Below, piece by piece: positions 1 to 12,046 of a stretch of DNA of 64,000 nt (position 1 is the first letter of the stretch; the number at the start of each line of letters is the position of its first letter). The notes beneath the pieces are model-generated. The model was not told the origin of the DNA and did no database searches. It worked only from the letters and a program-made list of their open reading frames with translations. This DNA comes from an uncultured delta proteobacterium (GTDB taxonomy: Bacteria > Desulfobacterota > Binatia > Bin18), in assembly GCA_963733195.1 (NCBI GenBank), contig CAVTCR010000053.1, positions 1-64,000 on the forward strand, written 5' to 3'. Position numbers and translations under genes: made by a program.

Positions 1-162
1 CTCGGTTTCGTACGAGCGCCGCACCGCTTCACGCCCTTCACACCGCTTGCCCGTCGGGCTAATAAGGACCGGCTGCTCATGATAGCAGGCCATCACGCCA
101 TCGATGTCGTGGCGGTTGAAAGCGTCGAAATACCTGTGAATCACTTCCTCTTCACGCGTCAT
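1..162 (-). CDS. SnoaL/NTF2-like protein, N-terminal part (runs off window)
   Basis: Manual translation MTREEEVIHRYFDAFNRHDIDGVMACYHE...EGREAVRRSY; GGAGG RBS upstream. Confidence 0.75.
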   Translation of the reverse strand, partial: MTREEEVIHRYFDAFNRHDIDGVMACYHEQPVLISPTGKRCEGREAVRRSYETE

Positions 163-188
163 CTGATTCCCCTCCATTGGTTAGGAAT

Positions 189-767
189 TTACGCCGTTAT
201 CATTGCCCAGCAGGTCTCTGCGACCAGGTCCAATTGGTTGGTGAGATCCCCCCGCCGGCGGCGCCAGATCGACGACAACGCAACCGCACATAATGCACCG
301 CTGAGCATGTCGGCGAGCAGCCCTGCGTCTCCCGCTTTGACCTCCCGCCGCTTTTGTCCTTGGGTGATCAGTTCGATGAAGACGTCTCGCGCGCGCGGCA
401 CTTCGGCCGGAAGAGCGCGCAGGAACCGCGCTTCGTTCTCGCAGAAATAGGTGAATGCTTCGGTATGCTCCACCGCCACGGCAAGCTCCAGACGGGCGGC
501 GCCATGGACCTTTTCCTTCGTGTCGCCCGGGCCGCGCACGATGGCACGCAGTTGCCGGCTGTACCAGCCGTACCAGCTAACAAAGATTTCGCGGCTCATC
601 TCCTCCTTGCCCGCGAAGTAGCGGTAAATCGCCGCTTCGCGCACGCCCGCGGCTTCGGCGATATCCCGCATGCTGGTCGCGTCCACGCCGCGCTTGGCAA
701 AGAGCGCCGTTGCCGCCCGGATGATGACAGGGCGCTTGGTGTCGGGTTTCTCTTTCAGGATATCCAT
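189..767 (-). CDS. TetR/AcrR family transcriptional regulator
   Basis: HTH IIRAATALFAKRGVDATSMRDIAEAAGVREAAIYRYF; start chosen at MDILKEK. Confidence 0.9.
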   Translation of the reverse strand: MDILKEKPDTKRPVIIRAATALFAKRGVDATSMRDIAEAAGVREAAIYRYFAGKEEMSREIFVSWYGWYSRQLRAIVRGPGDTKEKVHGAARLELAVAVEHTEAFTYFCENEARFLRALPAEVPRARDVFIELITQGQKRREVKAGDAGLLADMLSGALCAVALSSIWRRRRGDLTNQLDLVAETCWAMITA

Positions 768-768
768 A

Positions 769-788
769 GTTAGTGAACGACCACTAAC
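769..788. promoter_or_regulatory. Inverted repeat, putative TetR operator
   Basis: GTTAGTG-aacgac-CACTAAC immediately upstream of the ATG at 767. Confidence 0.55.
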
Positions 789-891
789 AAAAAGAAACTG
801 CTCAGTCAAGGGCAGTAATGACACGGCTGAAGATCGCATGAGTCAGCCTGCGGTTGTCCATCCAGCAGCAGAAAATTTTCTTCAATTATTA

Positions 892-920
892 TTGACTGAC
901 TTAGTCAGTTATTTTATAAT
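892..920 (+). promoter_or_regulatory. sigma70 promoter overlapped by a palindromic operator
   Basis: TTGACT(892-897)-17 bp-TATAAT(915-920); ACTGACT-t-AGTCAGT palindrome at 895-909; ATG 7 nt after the -10. Confidence 0.75.
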
Positions 921-926
921 CTTCAC

Positions 927-1629
927 ATGGCACGAAAAACTCCCCCCGATCGGCTTCCGCAACTGATCGCTTGTGCGACCAAAGTGTTTATCGAACAGGG
1001 CTATCGCCGGACGCAGATGGACGATGTCGCCGCAGCGTTAGGCGTCGCTAAAGGCACCCTCTATCTGTATGTAGAAAGCAAGGAGGCGTTGTTTGACCTC
1101 GTTGCCCGCTGCGCTGACGCTGAACCTCCGCTGCCACAGTTCGCACCGCTCCCTTGCCAACGCCGAAACCTGGGGCAACCCTCCATACGTGCGTGAGCGG
1201 TTAGCCAGGAATCAGACACTGCCTGCCCTGACCGCTGCGCTCGCTCGCCAGCGCGTGAAAGATGCGCGGGCAGAACTCACCCTGATTCTCGGCGAACTGT
1301 ATGACACGCTCGCACGCAATCGGCATGGCATTAAATTACTCGACCGTTCAGCCCAAGATCTGCCTGAGCTTGCTGCTCTTTGGTTTGACACTGCCAGAGG
1401 TGGGTTGATCGCGACCTTAGCGCACTACCTCGAAACGCGCATGCAGCGCAAACTCTTGCGTCCGCTGCCCGATGTTGCAGTCACTGCGCGCCTGATTATT
1501 GAAGCGCTCTCATTTTGGGCTGTGCATCGCCACTGGGACCCACGTCCCCAGGTCGTCGAAGAAACAGTGGCACGCGATACGGTTGTGCAATTCATTCTCC
1601 ACGCTCTCGGACAGGAGGGAAAGCAATGA
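927..1629 (+). CDS. TetR family regulator (frameshift near 1150-1190)
   Basis: ORF 927-1196 has the HTH (GYRRTQMDDVAAALGVAKGTLYLY); ORF 1093-1629 supplies the C-terminal domain. Confidence 0.85.
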
Positions 1630-2141
1630 AGAATGATCCACAAAGGCTCTTCTTTGAGCGGTATGACGGAAGCGGGAAGCGTGTCTTGGCGCTCCTCTTG
1701 TTCGTCGCTGTTTTTTCCAGTCCGGGGCATCGCTTTTTGCGGCCACGCCAATCGGTTTGTGGTACGCCGAAGGAGGCGCGGCGCAGGTAGAGATCAGTCA
1801 GTGCGGGAACACGTTGTGTGGACGTGTGGTCTGGCTCCGCTCTCCTCTCGAAGAAAACGGCTGCACCCTACAAGATCACCACAATCCCGATACCACCCTG
1901 CGGAACCGACCAGTGCTTGGTCTTGAGGTACTACAAGGACTCACACCGGACAGTGGCAACGAGAGCGAATGGCTCGGAGGAACAATCTATGACCCGAGCA
2001 ACGGCAAGACGTACTCGTGTCGTCTCTCCATGGACGGTGAACCATCATCTCCATTTACGCGGCTATGTGGGTATTCCCCTCATAGGCAGGACGACCACCT
2101 GGGTCCGCGTCGGAACAGAAACACAACAATGCCAGCAATAA
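1626..2141 (+). CDS. DUF2147 domain secreted protein (frameshifted)
   Basis: CGRVVWL...DHHNPDTTLRNRPVLGL...WLGGTIYDPSNGKTYSC...LRGYVGIPLIGRTTTWVRV across three frames. Confidence 0.8.
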
Positions 2142-2165
2142 CAGATCGCAACAGGAGGAACAGTG

Positions 2166-2369
2166 ATGAAGCTTACTTATCTCTATCCGCTGATCGGTTT
2201 TGTAGTTCCCACACTCCTTATTGGCTATGGGGTCGTTATTCCCAAAAGCTGTATTGCCGGGATCAATGAGCTCACCATCGGATTCGCTACCACGGTCATT
2301 GGCGCATGTGTCACCTACTGGATGGGCATGCGAACGGTTGAGCGAGATTTGCGTCCGCCGACCACATGA
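2166..2369 (+). CDS. Small two-TM membrane protein
   Basis: AGGAGG RBS; two hydrophobic segments. Confidence 0.65.
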   Translation: MKLTYLYPLIGFVVPTLLIGYGVVIPKSCIAGINELTIGFATTVIGACVTYWMGMRTVERDLRPPTT

Positions 2370-2444
2370 CAGCGATAACTGCTGCCGGTATGGCGGCCCA
2401 CCTCACAGTAGATGTGAAGAGTCTGTCCGCCAACTCGCCAGTAC

Positions 2445-2575
2445 GTCATTGCGAGCCCTTCGCTTCCGCTCATCCTGAGCGTAGCGAGCGAAGTCGAAGG
2501 ACGCTCAGGATAAACTCCGTGAAGCAATCATATCCGAAAAAGAGATTGCTTCGTCGTATAACTCCTCGCAATGAC
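2445..2575. repeat. REP/MITE-like composite palindromic element
   Basis: Terminal inverted repeat GTCATTGCGAG...CTCGCAATGAC; internal stems TCCTGAGCGT/ACGCTCAGGA and GAAGCAATC/GATTGCTTC. Confidence 0.7.
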
Positions 2576-2618
2576 AGACCCCTATCAGTCTGTGAACATG
2601 CGATAAGGAGTGTACCCT

Positions 2619-3288
2619 ATGCGACGACCAGAATTCATTGCGCGTCAAGCGAGTTGCCCGACCGGGCTCCTCGGGCGGTTCCTCGCTCGCATCATGGCTG
2701 CCGAAACGATGGCCGCAAATAAGAAGACGCTTGAACTCTTAGCTATCCGACCGCACGACCACGTCTTGGAAATCGGCTTCGGGCACGGACAGACGCTTAC
2801 ACGAGCTGCAGCCGCAGCTTCCTTAGGATTCGTTGCAGGTATCGACGTGTCAGAAGACATGGTCTACACCGCAACACGCTGGAATCAACAGCTCATCAAG
2901 CAGGGACGCGTCGAAGTTCAATCTGCCAGCAGTTTGCAGATTCCCTATCCACCCAACGCTTTGATCGTGTCTACGCAACTCACACGCTGTATTTTTGGGA
3001 CGACCCACAACGTCATCTGCAAGAGATTTATCGCGTCATGAAGCCTGGGGCACGTTTCGTTCTCACTTTTGGCCCGCAAGAGGACAAAGAAACCGTGGCA
3101 AAGTTTCCAGCAACGATTTACCACTTCTATACAAGGACGAGGTCCAGCACTTCTTAGAAAAAGCTGGATTTATCGACATTCACATGGAGTGTCAGCGGAT
3201 CGGCTCACGGGAACTCGTGTTCGCGATTGCGCACCGTGAGGCATCGTCCACCTGCCCCATTACTCCTCCGCCGAAAGAAAGATTCTAG
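2619..3288 (+). CDS. Class I SAM-dependent methyltransferase (frameshifted)
   Basis: VLEIGFGHG motif I, GIDVSEDM; the continuation (HTLYFW...IYRVMKPG) is in other frames. Confidence 0.8.
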
Positions 3289-3427
3289 CTATTCATACGA
3301 CCGCAGTTTCTCACGCGTAGTGACGAATTGACCAATCCTCCTCGCCCAACAACCGATACCGTTGCGTAAGGTGGAAAAACTGCTCCTGCGTTGCCTCGTG
3401 AGGGTACAGAGGTTAAGATCGTCAAAC

Positions 3428-3778
3428 ATGGGCTGCAAAGTTCTCTTACTGACCGCTTTTTTTGCCCTCGTGCTGGCGCTGCCGTTGTGCTCCAGTGGTG
3501 TCTTACTGCACGCTTGCGACACCTGTGTGGAGGAAGCCTGTTCGCATGAAAGCAACTGTGCGCAAGACCCATGCGCGGTGAAAGGAGCGCCAAGCAGTCC
3601 GTCAGACACGCTCACGACGCTCGACCACCATCGCCTTCATAGTGTCGCGTTCGTTTCCCTCTGGTTCCCGTCAGTCTCCCCCACTGTTGCTACTCAGCTT
3701 CTCCCTACCGCTCAAACGGCCTCATCTCCGTGGCCGTGGCAGTTCCATTCCAGCGGTTTGTTCCCCCTTCTTATCTGA
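3428..3778 (+). CDS. Cys/His-rich putatively exported small protein upstream of the czc operon (CzcI/DUF2946-like position)
   Basis: Hydrophobic N-terminus, HACDTC..CSHESNC..DPC, C-terminus PLLI. Confidence 0.55.
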   Translation: MGCKVLLLTAFFALVLALPLCSSGVLLHACDTCVEEACSHESNCAQDPCAVKGAPSSPSDTLTTLDHHRLHSVAFVSLWFPSVSPTVATQLLPTAQTASSPWPWQFHSSGLFPLLI

Positions 3779-3868
3779 TCCACACTTCCTGATGTACCGG
3801 TGCGTCTAAGTTGCACTGCTGCGCTCGTCGACAGCGTGGCCTTCTTCTGTTTTGGAAACCGGGGTCTC

Positions 3869-5252
3869 ATGAAACACAGACAATGGACTGCTTATGCATT
3901 GGGGTGCACCCTGCTGCTCATGGGGGCAGGCTGCGCCACGGTTAACCCGCGTCCTGATTACGACCGGACGGCCCAGCTCATCACGCAGGCGACAGGACAA
4001 GAACCCGTCTACCGTCCTGATGATGATGCTGTGGTGAAGAACACAGTTGATGCACTCCTCGCGGGCGGCATTACGGCACAGGAAGCCGTGCAGCTCTGTC
4101 TGCTGAATAACCCGAAGTTACAGGCGGCGTTCCTCAACGTCGGCGTTGCCCGTGCTGAGGTGGTGCAGGCGGGCCTGTTCTCTAATCCGACACTTGGATT
4201 TTCTCCGCGGTTTCCGGACGGCGGTGGACCGACAAGCTTTGAAGCCAGCCTCGCGCAAAACATCGCTGAGTTGTGGCAGATTCCTGCCCGCACGCGCACG
4301 GCAGAACAGAGCCTTGAACAGGCCCTGCTTGACGCTTGCCCGGGAAGTCAGCACGACCGCGCTTGAAGCCAAAGCCGCGTACTACAGAGCGGTCCGCACA
4401 GACCGTGAGATAGAAGTGATACAAGGCAACGTGGATATCACCACGCAACTCGTCGATCTCGCCAAAGTGCGCGAGGAAGCCGGAGTTGGGAGCTTGGTTG
4501 ATGTGCAACTCTCAGAGTCGGAGTTGCTGCAAACGGAGCTGGCTTTACGAACGGCAACTGTCGCGCGCTTTGAGGCACGCACGGAACTGACGAAACTGTT
4601 GGGACTCCCCGTGCCGCCCGACCAGTTGCAGCTCACCGATTCCCTGCCAGATCCACCCCAGTGGACAGTAACGCCGGAGCAGCTGATTGCACTGGCCCGC
4701 AGCCATCGCTTGGATTTGCAAGCCGCACAGCATGCCGTGCGTGCGGCAGAAGCCCGCGTCGAAGAGGAGAAGCGGAAAGCCGTGCGCGTGGTGGAGATCG
4801 GCGGTATCCGCGATGCGGAAGACCGCACAGGGCCAACCCTCAGTGTGGAACTGCCGCTCTTCGACCAGAATCAAGCGCAAATCGCCAAAACCTCGTATCT
4901 CGCACAGCAAGCGAACAAAAATCTGGAAGCACTCGTCCAGGAACTCACCCAAGACACCCGCGTTACCTATGAACGCGCCCGCAACGCCTGGGAGAACACG
5001 CGGTTTTATCAACAACAGCTCCTCCCGTTACGACAGGGCAGTCTTGAACTCTCCCGGGAAGCCTACCGCTATGGCCGTGCGTCAATCTTGCAGGTGCTTG
5101 ATGCGGAGCGGAGGCTACTAGAGGCCCGCGCCGGCTACCTGGAGGCGCTGCAAACGTCCTCCACGGCGCTGGTCGATCTCGAACGCGTTACCGGTCAACC
5201 GGCCGCACAGATTTGTCTGCCACACAGCAGCAAATTCCACCCTTCCCGGTGA
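3869..5252 (+). CDS. czcC: TolC-family outer membrane factor, CzcC-like lipoprotein (frameshift near 4335)
   Basis: Lipobox GAGC; OEP motifs (NNPKLQAA, LSVELPLFDQNQ, LQVLDAER); first gene of the CBA operon. Confidence 0.8.
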
Positions 5253-5299
5253 CTCCTGCAGACCGCACCCCTTAAGGTGAAAGGACGAGAGAGATTCCC

Positions 5300-6558
5300 A
5301 TGAACAGTATAACACTATCAGTGAGTAAAACTGCTCTTGCGCTGGTTATCGCCTTTCTCATCGGCGGGCTGAGTGCCTGGCTGTGGGCCGCTCGCCTGTC
5401 CGCTCCTCCGCAGGACGCCCATGCGGAACGCGAGAAGCTGGAGGCGCACGGATCAGACGAGCACGGTGAGCGTGCGGAACAGGACGAGCACGAAGAGGGA
5501 AAACTGACGTTATCTCCCGAAGCGCAGCGAGAGGCCGGGATCACCATTGCCGAGGCAACCGGTGGCGCGTTGGAACAAACGCTGGATCTCCCCGGCGAGG
5601 TCATGCTCAACGCCGACCGCGTGGTGCACATCGTCCCCCGCGTGGGCGGGATCGTCCAGAGCGTGCAACAAAACTCTGGGCGACGGGGTGAAGGCTGGCG
5701 AGATCATGGCGGTGATTGAGAGCCGTGAGCTGGCCGAGACCAAAGCCGCCTATCTCGCCGCGAAACAACGTCTGGCCCTGGCCAAGGCCACACTTGCCAG
5801 CGCGGAAGAACTCCGCGCCAAGCGCATCCTGCCAGGGCTCGAGTACCTTGGCACGAAACGCGACTTTGACAATGCGGAAATCGAACTGCGCACCGTGACG
5901 CAGAAACTCCATGCGCTGGGACTCACACCGACGGAGATTACCGCCATCACCCAGGATCAGGACAAAGGTGTTGCGTTTGCTGTGTATGAACTGCGGGCTC
6001 CCGCCGCGGGAACGGTGACAGAAAAGCACGTCACGCTCGGTGAGGTCGTCGAAAACAATAGTGACGTGTTCGTCATTGCCGACCTGTCCACCGTCTGGGC
6101 CAATGTCACCGTCTACGCGCAAGACACCCCGCGGCTTAGGGTCGGTCAAGACCGTGCACATTACCGCGGAAGGGTTTCCGATCGAAGCCACCGGCACGAT
6201 CTCCTATATTAGCCCGGTCGTGGCTGAAGCCACCCGCACCGCCACCGCTCGTGTGGTCATGCCTAACCCGGACGAGCGCTGGAAACCGGGAATGTTTGTC
6301 ACCGCCCGTATCGTGCTCGCCACCGAACCCGTGCGCACACTCGTCCCTAACGACGCTATTCAAACGGTGGACAACAAACCCATCGTCTTCGTACCCGAGG
6401 AGGACGGGTTTGCGCCACGACCGGTGACGGTGGGTCGTGCCAATAAGACCCATTCCCAAATTCTTGCCGGACTGGAGCCAGGAGACCGTTACGTCATGAA
6501 CGGTGCGTTCGTCCTCAAGGCGGAACTCGGCAAGGGCGAAGGCGGGCACGACCACTAA
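5300..6558 (+). CDS. czcB: RND periplasmic adaptor, CzcB-like (frameshifted)
   Basis: His/Glu-rich linker, LRAPAAGTV, IADLSTVW, WKPGMFV, C-terminal GHDH. Confidence 0.85.
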
Positions 6559-6609
6559 GCACCTACCGTGGCGCTGAGAGGAAGGAAACCACTGTACCAA
6601 GAGAGAACT

Positions 6610-9600
6610 ATGACCACAAAATTCTGCAATTCGCCATTCGTCAACGGTTGCTGGTGATACTCCTTACGGTCGGCATCGCCGCGCTCGGACTGTGGAACTT
6701 TTCACGCCTGCCTATTGACGCCGTGCCGGACATCACCAACGTCCAGGTGCAGGTGAACACCAACGTTACTGGGTTGTCGCCCCTGGAAATTGAACAACGC
6801 ATTACCTTTCCCATCGAATCCTCGATGGTGGGCCTGCCCGAGCGTCGAGCAGGTGCGCTCCCTGTCTCGCTATGGTCTCTCACAAGTCACCGTGGTGTTT
6901 CAGGACGGCACGGAGATCTACCACGCCCGCCAACTCGTGAATGAGCGCTTGGCGGAAGCGCGCGGCAGTTTGCCTGACGGTCTCGCCGAGCCAGTCATGG
7001 GGCCTATCGCCACTGGCCTTGGGGAAATCTACATGTGGTCGGTCGAAGCCACGGGACCAAAACCAGATGGGAGCGCATACACGCCAATGGAGTTGCGGGA
7101 AATCCAGGACTGGATTATCCGTCCGCAACTTCGCACCGTTCCTGGGCGTGACGGAAGTCAACAGCATCGGCGGATATGAAAAACAGTTCCATGTCACGCC
7201 GACCCCGGCCCGACTCATGGCCTACGGGATTTCGTTCCGTGAGTTCTTTGAGCGGATCGCCGAGAACAATGTCAACGTCGGCGCCGGCTACATTGAACAT
7301 AAGGGCGAACAATATCTCATCCGCGCGACCGGCCTCGTGCGCACGCTGGAGGATATCCAAAACATCATCATCGGCTCGCATGACGGCGTGCCAATCTACG
7401 TCAAAGATGTCGCCACGGTGGGGCTCGGGAAAGAACTGCGCACCGGAGCCGCTACTGAGAACGGCAAGGAAGCGGTGGTCGGCACGGCGATCATGCTCGT
7501 CGATGAAAACAGCCGCACGGTATCACGTGCGGTGGACGCCAAGATGCAGACGATTAACAAGACCCTGCCACCCAATGTGCAGGCCCGCACGCTCTATGAC
7601 CGGACCTACCTGGTCGATGCCACGCTGCACACCGTAGAGAAAAACCTCATCGAAGGGGCCATCCTGGTGATTGCCATTCTCTTCTTGCTCCTGGGGAATT
7701 TCCGGGCAGCGTTTATCGTGGCGCTGGCGATTCCGCTGTCGATGCTCTTTGCCATCACTGGCATGGTACAGAATAAGATCAGCGGCAACCTCATGAGCCT
7801 GGGCGCTGTCGATTTCGGCATCATCATTGATGGCGCCGTGGTGATGGTGGAAAACATCATCCGCGACTCGGGGAAGCACAACACCAGCTTGGCCGTAAAC
7901 TCTCGCTCGCGGAACGTGCGGACCTTTCTTTTACCGCGGCAAAAGAAGTTGCCCGCCCAACTGCCTTTGGCGTCGCCATCATCATGATTGTCTATCTCCC
8001 TATCCTCACGCTCACAGGAATCGAAGGAAAAATGTTTCGCCCGATGGCGGAGGTGGTATTGTTGGCGCTCGCGGGGGCGCTCATCCTCTCGTTCACGGCG
8101 ATTCCCGCGCTGTGCGTGTTAGGCCTCGGCGGCAAAATCAGCGAAAAAGAAAACTTTCTGCTCGAATACATCAAGCGCGGCTATGAGCCGCTCCTGCACT
8201 GGGCGCTGCAACGCCGTACACCGATTGCCCTCGGCGTGGGAGGTCTGGTCGTCGCCACGCTCCTGGTCGCCTCGCGTTTGGGGAGTGAGTTTGTCCCCAA
8301 GTTGAATGAAGGGGCGCTCGCCCTGCAACCGAGCCGCATTCCGAGCATCAGCCTCACTGCGAGTGTGGAGATGCAGGCGAGGATTGAAAAAGTGCTCCTG
8401 GAACACTTCCCGGATGAGGTGGCGCTGGTCTTCGCGCGCACGGGCACGGCGGAAGTCGCCACTGATCCCATGGGTCCGAACATCTCAGACACCTACATCA
8501 TGCTCCATCCCCGGGAGCAGTGGAAAAAAGCAGCGTCCCAGGAGGAATTGGCAGAGGAAATTGAAAAGGTCATTGCCAACCTCCCCGGACAGAACTTTGA
8601 GTTCAGCCAGCCGATTGAGCTGCGGTTTAATGAACTCATTGCCGGGTGTCCGGGCAGAACTGGCGGTCAAAGTCTTTGGCGATGACCTGCAACAACTTGC
8701 CGAGGCCGGCAACAAAGTCGCTGCCGTGCTCAACGCCGTTCCCGGGGCTGCCGACGTAAAGGTCGAGCAGGTCAGCGGGTTGCCCGTACTCACCGTCGAT
8801 ATCGACCGTGCCGCCATTGCGCGCTTTGGGCAGAACGTCTCGGACGTGCAAAGGATCATCGAGATTGCGATGGGTGGGAAATCTGCGGGGGAAGTGTTTC
8901 AGGGAGATCGCCGTTTTGACTTAGTGGTGCGGATGCCGGAAGATTTACGGCTGGACCTGGAGCAACTTGCACGCCTGCCGATTCCCTTGCCTGCCGCAGG
9001 AGCCGGAGAAGAGTATGAAACGGTCAAGCTGCTTGAGGACACGGACTCGCGCTCCGCATATATTCCGCTTTCACGGCTGGCTCACATTGAGTTGAAGGAA
9101 GGACCCAACCAAATTAGCCGCGAAAATGGCAAGCGCAGGATTGTGGTCTCTGCCAACGTGCGCGGACGAGACCTCGGCTCCTTTGTCGCCGAGGCGCAAC
9201 AGAAAATTGATGCCTCGGTCAAACTGCCAGAAGGCTACTGGATCACCTGGGGTGGGCAGTTTGAAAACCTGATGGCGGCGCGGGAGCGGCTGACGGTGGT
9301 CGTGCCGCTCGCGTTATTTTTGATTTTCATGCTGCTCTTTGCCTGCGTTTCACTCGTGCGCCTCGCCGCGCTGGTCTTCACCGGCGTGCCGCTGGCCCTC
9401 ACTGGTGGGGTGGTTGCCCTGTGGCTCCGTGATATGCCGTTTACAATTTCCGCTGGCGTAGGATTTATCGCGCTCTCTGGCGTCGCGGTACTCAACGGCC
9501 TGATGCTGGTGAGCTTTATTCGTCAACTGCGCACGGAGGGGCTGCCAGTAGAAGAGGCGGTAGTGCAAGGGTGCCTGAAACGGCTCCGTCCCGTGCTCAT

Positions 9601-9784
9601 GACGGCGCTGGTGGCGTCCTTGGGGTTTGTTCCGATGGCGCTGGCCACCAGCATGGGTGCGGAAGTGCAACGTCCCCTCGCTACGGTCGTCATTGGCGGC
9701 ATCATCAGTAGCACGTTCTTAACCTTGGTCGTCTTACCCGCAATTTATAGCTGGTTTGACCAGGAAAAGATCTCCAACGCGTAG
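6610..9784 (+). CDS. czcA: CzcA-family heavy-metal RND permease (several frameshifts)
   Basis: LPIDAVPDITNVQVQ, GNLMSLGAVDFGIIIDGAVVMVEN, RLRPVLMTALVASLGFVPM. Confidence 0.9.
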
Positions 9785-10089
9785 AAAGGAGCGTGGCTCT
9801 TCCATGACGGCCAGTGAGGTGAGTCTATGCGAGCGAGGACCGCGCCTGACGTCAAGAGGAACTTACGGATGTGCAAAACTCACGGGAGAGGCCTACTCCA
9901 TCAACATTAGCAACCTGACAGTCTGTACGGGTAACAACTCTCCTGTGTGTAAATATGGAAGCTTGGTTATCGTCAAGGCAACGTGTTTCTCTGAATGGAA
10001 ACCACCGGTGGCGTGGCACTGGCGTTAGGAGCACTGTCAATACACACGACTCGTCCGCAAAGCGCCAGTGAGTCATTCAAGGACTGTCC

Positions 10090-10488
10090 ATGTTAGAAAA
10101 GACCCATGAGCTTGAAATTCCCTTGTTACTCCTCGGCATTGAAAACGAAAATGACGCCTGCCTTGCTCGCTTAGAGACTGCTCTCCAAAGCCACAAAGGA
10201 TTGCAACGCGACGGTTGGCATCGCCATGGGCGGCGCCGGCACTGATGTCGCCCTTGAAACCGCAGATGTGGTTTTAATGGGCGATGACCTCTCGAAATTA
10301 CCGTTTGCTGTGAGCTTAGGACGTGCCACCCGCGCCATCATTCAACAAAATCTCTTTATTTCGTTGGGTGTGATCGCTTTTCTCATTCTCGCCTCGCTCA
10401 CGGGGCGGGCGGCTATCAGCGTGGCTATTGTTTTCCATGAAGGGAGCACTATTGTTGTAGTCTGAACGCGTTACGGTTGCTGGGTAAT
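10090..10488 (+). pseudogene. Internally deleted heavy-metal P-type ATPase relic
   Basis: About 40 N-terminal codons (MLEKTHELEIPLLL...DACLARLE) joined out of frame to the C-terminus [27 protein letters not shown]...HEGST. Confidence 0.75.
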
Positions 10489-10816
10489 CGGATGGAAAAC
10501 GAATAAACACATACTATGAATAGATGTAATATCACGCCGACTTCGGGATAACTGTGTTCGCTATCAGCAGGAAGCGGCATCAGCCGTTGCCCAGAAGACC
10601 GGAGGGGGGATCGCGATCGCCGTAAGAAATTTATTTACGGATCGGTCGCTAGCGAAGAAACGCCTTCCGTCCGTACAGAACTATGCCAAGAAAAGAGAGC
10701 GGGGACAATGCTGTTTCTGACGAAGAAGTATCATAGTGAAGATTACTCCCCGCGGACATTTTTATGCACGATTGTTGCGATTTTAAAGCCCATGATATCA
10801 CGGCGCTCCTAAAGAC

Positions 10817-11385
10817 TACGGACACATCTTAAAGGTCGTCTTCGCGATTAACCTGGTGATGTTCTTTACGGAGTTTGGCGGCGGTCTCCTGGTCGTTCGA
10901 CGGCGCTGCTCGCCGATTCCCTCGATATGTTCGGTGATGCCACAGTGTACGCCGTCAGTCTCTATGTGTTGCAAAAGGGGAACGATGGCAAGCAAAAGCA
11001 GCCGTATTGAAGGGTTCATCATGGCCGGGTTCGGCGCAGCCGTGCTGGTAGAAGTCATGCAAAAAGTGATCGCCGGAGGTGGTTCCTACTGCGTCGCTCA
11101 TGAGCATGTTCGGCCTACTGGCGCTGCTGGCGAATACCGCCTGCGCCGTCATGCTGCTGCGTTTCCGACCGTGAAATTAATATGCGCTCCACGTGGGTCT
11201 GCTCGCGCAACGACGTCATTGCCAATCTCGGCGTTGTCCTTGCCGCCCGGGCGTCGCAGCCACGAGAGCGGCCTGCCCAGAAATTCCATCGGGACGCTGA
11301 TCGCCGCTATCTTTTTCTATTCGAGTTCGGCGTGCTGCGGGACTCTTTCCGTCAACTGTTCTTGTATACTGCCGACACGACCTGA
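10817..11385 (+). pseudogene. Cation diffusion facilitator-like transporter, heavily frameshifted
   Basis: LKVVFAINLVMFFTEF, ALLADSLDMFGDA, NMRSTWVCSRNDVIANLGV in shifting frames. Confidence 0.7.
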
Positions 11386-11394
11386 CCGGCGCGA

Positions 11395-11720
11395 GCTCTT
11401 CCTCTTTAGAGAAACAGAGGGTTTTGCGTGCGAGCCGTTTAATGCGAGTGACAGCGTGAGATGTTGAGTTCGATCTGTCCGCGCGGAGGTTGCCGACCGT
11501 GTGAGTGGTGGCGGGGAGATGGCGGTCGTAGACCCGCGGACCGCATCTGTATACGAAATGCACCACTGTGAAATGGGTCGAGCAGCCTTCCGCAATTCGA
11601 CCAGACTCATCTGGTGTTACTCCTAAACCCACATGCCATGGATGCACCCCCGTCAAATGATCAATGGCGTGCCACAACCAGCGCTGGTGCGCTTTGCTCA
11701 CCCCACAATATAGAAAGCAG
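11395..11720 (-). mobile_element. IS1-family transposase fragment
   Basis: QRWLWHAIDHLTG...HTVG...TRIKRLARKTLCFSK (InsB-like); no intact ends seen. Confidence 0.75.
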
Positions 11721-11730
11721 CTTGCCCACA

Positions 11731-12046
11731 TTACTGCTGTTGCTTGGCGCCCATATGTGAGCAACCTGTCGGGTTCATCATACAGCACTGGTCGTGCATT
11801 CCTTTCCAGTTCTTCTCCATCTGGCCCATGTGCCGTCCCATCATTTGCGCTTCTCTGCCGGAATATCTGCGCTGCTTTCAATAGTTTTCCGCATGGCCGC
11901 CATCTCTTTCTGGATCTCCGCGAGCTGGGTCTGCAGCTGCTCGACCTGTGCCGTGCTCGGGCGGGCTGTCTAGCTAGAGCCATGTAAGGAAGGCTCAGGG
12001 CTAGGGTAGCGACGAATGCTAGGGCGGTTGATCGAATTGGACGCAT
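11731..12046 (-). CDS. Paralog of the small secreted Met/Cys protein at 17330-17641 (frameshifted or degraded)
   Basis: Near-identical nucleotide stretch encoding HDQCCMMNPTGCSHMGAKQ; signal-peptide-like start MRPIRSTALAFV. Confidence 0.7.

Noticed and set aside
9850-10050. Possible IS6-like terminal motif (CAACCTGACAGT) after czcA
   Set aside because: No matching partner end or transposase similarity could be established.
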